Shown here piece after piece: positions 9,450-16,723 of a stretch of 64,000 nt of DNA. Every line of letters begins with the position of its first letter. Within the stretch, counting starts at the first letter, position 1. Under the pieces are notes generated by a model. The model did no database searches. It was not told where the DNA came from and was given only the letters and a program-made list of their open reading frames with translations. Location: contig OZ241380.1 in NCBI GenBank assembly GCA_965200765.1, positions 2,784,329 through 2,848,328 on the forward strand. Reading direction: 5' to 3'. Origin of the DNA: Arenicellales bacterium (lineage in GTDB: Bacteria > Pseudomonadota > Gammaproteobacteria > Arenicellales > JAJDZL01). Position numbers and translations under genes: made by a program.

Positions 9450-10721
9450 ATGGATAAAAAAATTCATTTTTCGCGCAAACAAGTTGAGGTTTTAAAAAGT
9501 CGTTTACTTGAACCTCTGCGCTTCCTTCAAATTGTTTCCGGTCCCCGCCAATCAGGTAAGACAACTTTGATCGGTCAAGTAGTGGAGGACATTGATGTGC
9601 CCTGTTTCTACCTAACTGCTGAAGAACACAACATTTTCCAGCATCTAGAAATTCCGCACCTGCTACGTGATGAAAATCCTTCTAGCACAGAAGACATGAA
9701 CTGGATAGTTCGAAATTGGAACCGTGCTCGCCAAACAGCCAAACATTCAAATCGCGGTTCAATATTGATCTTCGATGAAATTCAAAAAATCAACAATTGG
9801 TCGGAAGTTGTAAAGGCATTGTGGGATATTGATCGAAGAGAAAATTGTAAAGTCCGAGTTGTCCTGCTTCGCTCGGCACCTCTTTTCGTTGACAAGGGGA
9901 AAAGTGACAGTTTGATGGGAAGATTTGAAATTATCAAAAGTCCCTATTGGTCCTATCCTGAGATGTCAGAAGCATTTGGATTCAATCTGGATGAATATAT
10001 TTTCTATGGAGGATTCCCCGGTGCTGTGCCAATTTTTCGCGAACTCGAACGTTGGTCTGAGTACATTCACCACGTAGTCCACTCGATAGTGAATCGGGAT
10101 ATATTCGCTTTAACACAAATTGACGAACCAGCTTTGTTCAAACAACTATTGGAACTTAGTGTTCAATATTCAGGACAAATACTCTCATTTGAAAAATTAA
10201 CGGATCAGCTTCATAATGCTAAAAGTTCGACAACAATTGAAAACTACATTGATCTACTGGCAAGGGTTGGCTTGGTAGGTAGCATGTTAAAATTTACTGA
10301 CAGTCCAACTATAAGCGATTACGAAGTTTTCAAGTTATGTGTTCGAAACACCGGGTTGATGTCCGCTCCGTCACGCTATTCCCTTGAACAAGCAAAGGAA
10401 AACCGGACTTTTTGGGGTCAACTCGTTGACAGCTCTGTTGGAGCACATTTATTGAACACAGGACCACCTATTGTTGAAATTTACTACTGGAGAGAAAGAA
10501 ACCTTGAAGTAGACTTTGTATTGAAACGCGGCCCTAAACTCGTACCTGTTGTAATCAAAAGCGGGAACTCGCAGAGAAAATCAAGCATGACCGGATTGGA
10601 CCAGTTCAAAAAGAAATTCAATGCAACAGGTTCCATACTTGTAGGTCAAGGAGGGGTGTCAATATCTGAATTTCTTTCAGAATCAGCCAGATATTGGGTT
10701 GAATATTCCAAACACTCATGA
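9450..10721 (+). CDS. AAA-type ATPase with DUF4143-like C-terminal region
   Basis: 423 aa with Walker A GPRQSGKTTL and Walker B ILIFDEIQ. The C-terminus EVDFVL...VPVVIKSG resembles the PD-(D/E)xK-like DUF4143 module typical of this family. Confidence 0.75.
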   Translation: MDKKIHFSRKQVEVLKSRLLEPLRFLQIVSGPRQSGKTTLIGQVVEDIDVPCFYLTAEEHNIFQHLEIPHLLRDENPSSTEDMNWIVRNWNRARQTAKHSNRGSILIFDEIQKINNWSEVVKALWDIDRRENCKVRVVLLRSAPLFVDKGKSDSLMGRFEIIKSPYWSYPEMSEAFGFNLDEYIFYGGFPGAVPIFRELERWSEYIHHVVHSIVNRDIFALTQIDEPALFKQLLELSVQYSGQILSFEKLTDQLHNAKSSTTIENYIDLLARVGLVGSMLKFTDSPTISDYEVFKLCVRNTGLMSAPSRYSLEQAKENRTFWGQLVDSSVGAHLLNTGPPIVEIYYWRERNLEVDFVLKRGPKLVPVVIKSGNSQRKSSMTGLDQFKKKFNATGSILVGQGGVSISEFLSESARYWVEYSKHS

Positions 10722-11114
10722 CTATTTCAGATAAACCCACTTGTCGTGAAGTAAAGGTTGAGAAAAGTGTAATCAGCTAAAACTCACAACGAATCCCTAC
10801 TGAAAATTTTAGAGACTGCCATGAACACGTGCTTTGGAGCACCTAGTTCTGGGAAACTGATGTGTTCAAAAATGAAGCACAAATTGGAAAATCTTGCTAC
10901 TGTGAAGTCGGACCTGTATGATAGAAAGCCGATTTCCCCATTTGTTGTGCCAAGAATGTTTTATTAGAGCGTACCCTAGTCCTCTAACCTTCGCCGTACG
11001 CGCTGACAGTAGAAAACTGGCTTGGATACGGTAATTTCCAGGCCTATGTTTTCTGTCAAGGTCAGTTTTCCATTGAGCATGACCTTTTCGAACGGCGACA
11101 TGTCAAGGGACTAA

Positions 11115-12392
11115 TTACACATTTGAATCCGGCAATAGACTAAACCTTGAAATCCCCATTTTCAATGATTCACCTACATTTGCTGCAAAAAAATCCATAG
11201 GAAGTCCCTTTACACTACCCCTGTCAGGTTCTATGTCAAGATTTCTGACATCACATTTGTCATTAACGAAATCGAAATATACAATTGAAACATCGTTTGG
11301 ATTCAATTCACCATTAACTACAAGCCTCCTTAATCTTAACAGTATGTTTTTGCTGTGAGTTTCAATAATGGAACATATTTTCTTATCGTTCCACAACTTA
11401 GCAAAAAAGCTTCCCATTTCTAACTGTGCAGTAGGATGGACCATACATTCTGGTTGTTCAACTACTAATGTAGTCTGAGGATACATCATTGAACCTTGTA
11501 TGATTATCGGAAGACATTGGTGAATGCCAATTCCAAATTCCGCAATATTTGATCGACCACCGGTAATTGAATTCGTCGCTTCACATCGGGCCATCTCCCC
11601 TCGTTCTACAAACTCGATATCTTCAATTCCCAAAATTTTTTCTACATGTCTACTAACAAATTCAAACGAACTACCTTCTTTGAATTGTTCCAGTAAATGA
11701 TGTAATGCGAAATTGCCAGTTTTTCCAACATAATTGGAAAAATACTGTTCTCCTGAATCAAAAGTTCTCTGCAGAACGGCTTTATTTGAAGCAATATAGC
11801 TAATATTTCCAAATCCTGATGCCATAATTTGGTAGCAGTAATTTTTGACTGCAGTTTCGATGTATGTATCCTGATCTAGTTGTTGATCTTCCCTCACCAG
11901 ATCAGGAAATTCTAAAAATCTGCTATTTTCCGTAATTTTCTCAGTATGACGAAACAACACCCTGTTTTTTGACAGTAATCTGGATCCTGTTTCTTTTCCT
12001 CGAAATACACCTGATTTATCGTATCGGATGTTTCCATTCAGTTCATATACAAGATTATTTTCATCAGGTACTACTCCCTTACTTTTCAAGTAGATGCTCA
12101 ATACATCGCCTGGTTTTTCCTCTCGTTGAAACTGTACGGAAAATTTCAAGCTTCTTTTACTTGACATAGTATTTTTGAGGCTATAAAACTCTCCCAAATC
12201 TACTTGATGTCCTCGAGATTCCAAGAATCCTTTACTCTGTGAGCCAAGCGATTGTTGCAACAGCAACAGAAAATTAATAACAGAAGATTTTCCAGCATTA
12301 TTATTACCTATTAATACTGTTATTGGCCGAAATTGAATAACAGCCTCATCATCGAAAATTTTGAAATTCGATATTCTCAGTTCTTTCAGCAT
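11115..12392 (-). CDS. ABC/AAA15-type ATPase with DUF3696-like C-terminus (no nuclease domain seen)
   Basis: The N-terminus MLKELRISNFKIF is SMC/OLD-like. It carries Walker A GNNNAGKSS, Walker B/D-loop VVEQPECMVHP and H-loop ETHSKNILLRLRR. The ATG at 12392 lies 12 nt after the upstream gene's stop, and the track start at 12404 is a TTG. Confidence 0.8.
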   Translation of the reverse strand: MLKELRISNFKIFDDEAVIQFRPITVLIGNNNAGKSSVINFLLLLQQSLGSQSKGFLESRGHQVDLGEFYSLKNTMSSKRSLKFSVQFQREEKPGDVLSIYLKSKGVVPDENNLVYELNGNIRYDKSGVFRGKETGSRLLSKNRVLFRHTEKITENSRFLEFPDLVREDQQLDQDTYIETAVKNYCYQIMASGFGNISYIASNKAVLQRTFDSGEQYFSNYVGKTGNFALHHLLEQFKEGSSFEFVSRHVEKILGIEDIEFVERGEMARCEATNSITGGRSNIAEFGIGIHQCLPIIIQGSMMYPQTTLVVEQPECMVHPTAQLEMGSFFAKLWNDKKICSIIETHSKNILLRLRRLVVNGELNPNDVSIVYFDFVNDKCDVRNLDIEPDRGSVKGLPMDFFAANVGESLKMGISRFSLLPDSNV

Positions 12393-12404
12393 TTTCTTTC
12401 CCAA

Positions 12405-13040
12405 TCAAATTTGTAGGCTATATGCGTCTCGGCATTTTTTTATGAATTCCTCCAACAACAAGTTTTTGTCCACTGACTTTGAATCTCTTTCTAGATTAAA
12501 GAATCTTTTCTCCCATATATCCGACGGTGCATCGACTCGGCAACGAAGAATTCCAGCCAATTCACCGATAGATGGGTGAAATTCATCTGGTTGTCGTACA
12601 TATTGATTGTACAAATCGTGGTTTAAAATCTTACTGAGACGTTTCAATGCTTTTTGACGATGTGCCTTAAATTCACCGCTCTGAATATGCTTGGCAATTG
12701 TTTCGCTCCAGGTCTCCAACCATTTCATTCCATCTTCTGTTAATATCCACCCATCGGATGCCTTATTTCGAACTGAAATAGCTGAGCGTCCAGCCCCTCG
12801 CCCTGTTCTACCTTCAACAAGAGTCCCCAAATTTCCATCTCGAGCATGAATTAAGGCACGCCGCGTAATTTCCTTGTCAGGTAAGTCTGGATAATTTATC
12901 CATGAAAATGAATGTGGAAATGTTTGATGTGCTTTTACTGCAATGTCCTCTGTGTGAACAGGTCTATATTCTCCACCTAGAATCCCGAGTACATACACGA
13001 CCAATTCTGTGTTCGTTAGTGTTAGCTGTTTATTGTTCAT
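12405..13040 (-). CDS. Hypothetical protein, partner of the DUF3696 ATPase (no recognisable family)
   Basis: 211-aa ORF with no competing ORF, tightly coupled to the downstream ATPase. The N-terminal ~75 aa look winged-helix-like, which is my impression only. I saw no catalytic motif. Confidence 0.6.
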   Translation of the reverse strand: MNNKQLTLTNTELVVYVLGILGGEYRPVHTEDIAVKAHQTFPHSFSWINYPDLPDKEITRRALIHARDGNLGTLVEGRTGRGAGRSAISVRNKASDGWILTEDGMKWLETWSETIAKHIQSGEFKAHRQKALKRLSKILNHDLYNQYVRQPDEFHPSIGELAGILRCRVDAPSDIWEKRFFNLERDSKSVDKNLLLEEFIKKCRDAYSLQI

Positions 13041-13257
13041 GGCAAATCCCTGATGTCTTGTCTATAATTTGTATTGAAATTTACCTACATTACATATTTG
13101 ATATTTTCATGTTCCAGAATTTCCTCTGCAATCCAACTTATTACACTTTGTTTCGTTGGAAACGAGTCATCTTAATATAGCACCTTAAACATCGGCGAAG
13201 TCATAGGAATCTCCTATAGTTCACAACATGAAGCTTTAGTATTGGGATTTGTTCCTA

Positions 13258-13614
13258 CTACTTTTCCCATTCTATATACTCGTTTATCCCGTGACGATCA
13301 TAAACTTCTAATACATCAACACAAAATTTTTCAAATTCTACATTTTCTTCTTGCTTTGAAATTTCATACATACGAATAAACATATTTTTACCAGAGTCAG
13401 TTTGTCCTAAATTATTCTTTGAATTATTGTGTTCTGCACACAGTGTTTGGCCATTTTCTATAATTGCTTTTCCACCCAAATCTTTCGGTTTAATGTGATC
13501 AACATCTATCTCAACTCCTTCCTTTTCTCCTCGACCACAAACAACGCATTTATAATTATCGCGCTTCAATATTTTTCTTTTTTGTTGTTGACTGAAATCT
13601 TCCATTACTGGCAA
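13258..13614 (-). CDS. HNH endonuclease (possibly the 3' part of a longer frameshifted gene that starts at 13757)
   Basis: CVVCG...DVDHIKPKDLGGKAIIENGQTLCAEHNNSKNN is a classical HNH motif with a zinc-type CxxC. The track start at 13614 is a TTG. Confidence 0.8.
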   Translation of the reverse strand: MPVMEDFSQQQKRKILKRDNYKCVVCGRGEKEGVEIDVDHIKPKDLGGKAIIENGQTLCAEHNNSKNNLGQTDSGKNMFIRMYEISKQEENVEFEKFCVDVLEVYDRHGINEYIEWEK

Positions 13615-13949
13615 ATCGTAACGATGAATGTTCTTTTTGGATAATCGAAATCTTCCACAAGCACTCGAGATAAAATTTGAACCGCCTGTAATTCTCCGCG
13701 AGTGGGGTTCGAGATAACTTCCCCCGAAATAAAATCTGTATAGCTGACATTATCCATATTTCCACTCCTTTAACAAGTTAGCATGGAAGTGTATTGGCAA
13801 TGAATTGAGTAAAATTGTATGGTTAGTAATTTATCACAAGCAATACTCTGAAGTCAACATTATACCATGTCAGTTTTTGTGGTATGTGATAACTTGGAGT
13901 AACTATGTGCCTTGTTTCTTTCAAATCTCACCGATTTGCTACCAATCAG

Positions 13950-14726
13950 TCAGTCGCGAATCTTGTAACCCCGTTCAACCATTATCGCGCACACGACAAA
14001 CAAAATCGCAATGAAGATGGCAATCAAAGTCAACGAGACCGCAACACTGACATCGCTCGTGCCAATAATTCCGTAGCGGCCAACATTGATGATGTAAAGG
14101 ATCGGATTGGCAAGCGACAACTTGAGCCAGATGTCGGGCAACAGTTGCACCGAATAAAACACCCCGCCCAGATAAATCATCGGCGTAAGAATAAAGTTCG
14201 GAAAAATTGAAAGCTCGTCAAAGCTCTTCGAGTAGATGGCAACGATCATCCCCGCCAGCGAAAACATAATGGACGCAGAAACAATCACAATCGCTGTCAG
14301 TCCGGGATGAACAACGGTGAAGTCTGAAAATACCTTCGCAACCAGAATAACCAGAAATCCGGTCACCACGCCTCTGGCTACACCACCGGCAATGTAGCCA
14401 AGCAAGATGACTGCCGACGGAGTCGGAGATACCATCAACTCTTCGATAAACCGCTGAAACTTCGCATGGAAAAATGATGCCGACACATTTTGAAAGGCAC
14501 CGTTGATAACCCCCATCAACACCAACCCGGGCACAATGAAGTCTATATACACATGCCCCTGCATGGTCCCGATTCTGGGACCAATCAAATTTCCGAATAT
14601 CAGGAAGTACAAGCAGGTTGTGATGATGGGCGGCACAATGGATTGCTTCCAAACCCGCAAGATTCTGTATATTTCCCGTCGGGAAAGCGTCTCAAGAGAG
14701 ATGAGCGTCGTTCGCGATACCATCAT
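13950..14726 (-). CDS. ABC-2 type transporter permease (YadH-like)
   Basis: 258 aa with 6 TM-like segments. It overlaps the upstream ABC ATPase gene on the same strand. Confidence 0.8.
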   Translation of the reverse strand: MMVSRTTLISLETLSRREIYRILRVWKQSIVPPIITTCLYFLIFGNLIGPRIGTMQGHVYIDFIVPGLVLMGVINGAFQNVSASFFHAKFQRFIEELMVSPTPSAVILLGYIAGGVARGVVTGFLVILVAKVFSDFTVVHPGLTAIVIVSASIMFSLAGMIVAIYSKSFDELSIFPNFILTPMIYLGGVFYSVQLLPDIWLKLSLANPILYIINVGRYGIIGTSDVSVAVSLTLIAIFIAILFVVCAIMVERGYKIRD

Positions 14727-15729
14727 GTTGATTTTCTTGCTCGTTTCGGTTGCTGTTGGTCAATTCCAGAAACAGGTTTTCCAGACGATTCGCCTTGTTG
14801 CGAACGCTGGCTACCTGAATTCCTAGCCGTGCCAGTGTTGACAGTGCCAACTCGATGGACTCTCCCCGATTGATGTCCAGTTCCGCAGTGTTTGTATCCA
14901 CCATGCGCATGATGCGATTGAAATTCTTCGGGACTGAGTGAAGCTCGTTTATCAAGTCCAGCAAATATGTTTCTTGCTGAATCCTTCCGGTCAGCGATTT
15001 CATGTCTGAATTCCAGACAAGTTCTCCCTGCTCAACGATCCCGACACTGCGACAAAGCCTTTCTGCATCTTCCAGGTAGTGAGTCGTCAAAATCACAGTA
15101 ACACCACTGTCGTTGAGTTGCTTGAAATACCCCCACATGCTGTGGCGGGTTTCAATGTCAACTCCTGCGGTGGGCTCGTCCAGTATCAGAAGCTTGGGTT
15201 CGTGCACCAAAGCACGCGCCACCATCAGTCGGCGCTTCATTCCACCAGACAGGCTCCGGGCGATCTTGTCTCTCATATGCCAAATTCCCAGCGCCTTCAG
15301 ATACTTGTGAGTACGCTCAATTGCCAGTGCCCGCGGTACGCCGTAGAATCCCGCTTGATAAGACACAATGTGCATTGGAGTATTGAACGGGTTGAAATTG
15401 AACTCCTGCGGCACAACTCCAAGATATGACTTCGCGCGACTGAAGTTTTCGTCAATATCGGTCCCGAACACTTTCACCGTTCCGGACGACTTGTTCACCA
15501 ATGAGCAGACGGTACCGATAATCGTTGATTTTCCGGCACCATTTCGTCCTAGCAGGGCAAAAAACTGCCCTGCCTGAACTTCAAAGGAAACATTGTTGAC
15601 CGCCTTGATTCCGTTTTCGTAAACCTTGGTCAGATTTTGGATGGACAACGCGGCATTTTTGTTGTTGTCGGGTTGCAAACTGGAAAAATGTTTAGCTGTG
15701 TGTCCAATTCGGTTTTCTTTTTTCCACAA
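14692..15729 (-). CDS. ABC transporter ATP-binding protein (YadG-like, ABC-2 exporter)
   Basis: Walker A GRNGAGKST, signature LSGGMKRRL and Walker B LLILDEPTAGVD. The annotated start overlaps the enoyl-CoA hydratase 3' end by 38 nt, so the true start is uncertain. Confidence 0.85.
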   Translation of the reverse strand: MWKKENRIGHTAKHFSSLQPDNNKNAALSIQNLTKVYENGIKAVNNVSFEVQAGQFFALLGRNGAGKSTIIGTVCSLVNKSSGTVKVFGTDIDENFSRAKSYLGVVPQEFNFNPFNTPMHIVSYQAGFYGVPRALAIERTHKYLKALGIWHMRDKIARSLSGGMKRRLMVARALVHEPKLLILDEPTAGVDIETRHSMWGYFKQLNDSGVTVILTTHYLEDAERLCRSVGIVEQGELVWNSDMKSLTGRIQQETYLLDLINELHSVPKNFNRIMRMVDTNTAELDINRGESIELALSTLARLGIQVASVRNKANRLENLFLELTNSNRNEQENQHDGIANDAHLS

Positions 15730-16468
15730 ATGCCGTCATGCCTTCTTTCTGGTCGTTGGTCCCGAACAACGCATGAAACATTCGCCGCTCGAACAGCACA
15801 CCTTCGCGCAACGTCGTCTCGAAGGACTTGTTAACCGCTTCCTTGGTCGCGGCAACCGCCAATCGCGACTGACTGGCTATCGACTGTCCAATACTGATCG
15901 CAGTATCCAGCATTTCATCTACCGGTACAACCCGCGAAGCCAGTCCGGACCGTTCGGCTTCCTCGGCCCCCATTCTGCGGCCAGTAAGACACATGTCCAT
16001 AGACTTTGACTTTCCGATGGCATGCGTCAATCGCTGCGTACCGCCGGCCCCGGGAATAATGCCAAGATTGATTTCCGGCTGTCCGAATTGTGCATTGTCG
16101 GCCGCGATGATCATGTCACACATCATCGCCAGTTCGCATCCGCCGCCCAACGCATAGCCGGCAACTGCTGCGATCGTCGGCTTTCGACAGGTCGTTACAC
16201 GTTCCCAGTTGCGAGTGATGAAATTCTGCAAATATGCATCCGCAAACGTATTGTCCTTCATTTGGCTGATGTCAGCGCCGGCCGCAAATGACTTCTCATT
16301 GCCGGTAATGACAATGGCACCAATTTCATCATCCGCTTCAAAGTTGTCGAGCGCCTTGCTCATTTCGTCCATGACCGCCGACGACAAGGCATTCAGTACT
16401 TTTGGCCGATTGATCGTGATGACTCCAACGTTTCCGTTCGTGCTGACAATGATGTTTTCGTAATTCAT
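15692..16468 (-). CDS. Enoyl-CoA hydratase (crotonase family)
   Basis: 258 aa with VGVITINRPKVLNAL...FAAGADI...ALGGGCELAMMCD, the crotonase oxyanion-hole motifs. Confidence 0.9.
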   Translation of the reverse strand: MNYENIIVSTNGNVGVITINRPKVLNALSSAVMDEMSKALDNFEADDEIGAIVITGNEKSFAAGADISQMKDNTFADAYLQNFITRNWERVTTCRKPTIAAVAGYALGGGCELAMMCDMIIAADNAQFGQPEINLGIIPGAGGTQRLTHAIGKSKSMDMCLTGRRMGAEEAERSGLASRVVPVDEMLDTAISIGQSIASQSRLAVAATKEAVNKSFETTLREGVLFERRMFHALFGTNDQKEGMTAFVEKRKPNWTHS

Positions 16469-16723
16469 TCCTGTTCAACTCCTGAGATTGATTGCACCGA
16501 ATTTTGCTGAACAATACCTGTTCAACCTGTTAAAATGACCCAACTTAATCAAAGTGAAAAGATTCTTGGTTGTGTGTCATGCAGATTGACAGCGTATTAT
16601 TCACCGACTTATTGTATTCGTCAATGCCGCATTGGATTGAAAAAACTGTATCAGGACACGGAAAACGGTTCGGTCCGCAGTTCATGTACAACACTGGATC
16701 TACCCAACCAACAGGGATAAGTT

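Noticed and set aside
9179-9451. 90-aa minus-strand ORF abutting the DUF4143 ATPase start
   Set aside because: It would occupy the entire promoter/RBS region of the divergent ATPase and overlaps its ATG. I saw no motif or SD. It is possibly debris, but this is not supportable.
10976-11101. 41-codon ORF (MSPFEKVMLNGKLTLTENIGLEITVSKPVFYCQRVRRRLED*) starting 13 nt after the DUF3696 ATPase stop, considered as a possible fourth component of the candidate system
   Set aside because: It has no SD. Its GC content looks higher than the island, so it is more likely a fragment of flanking or older DNA. It is too short to evaluate without homology searches.
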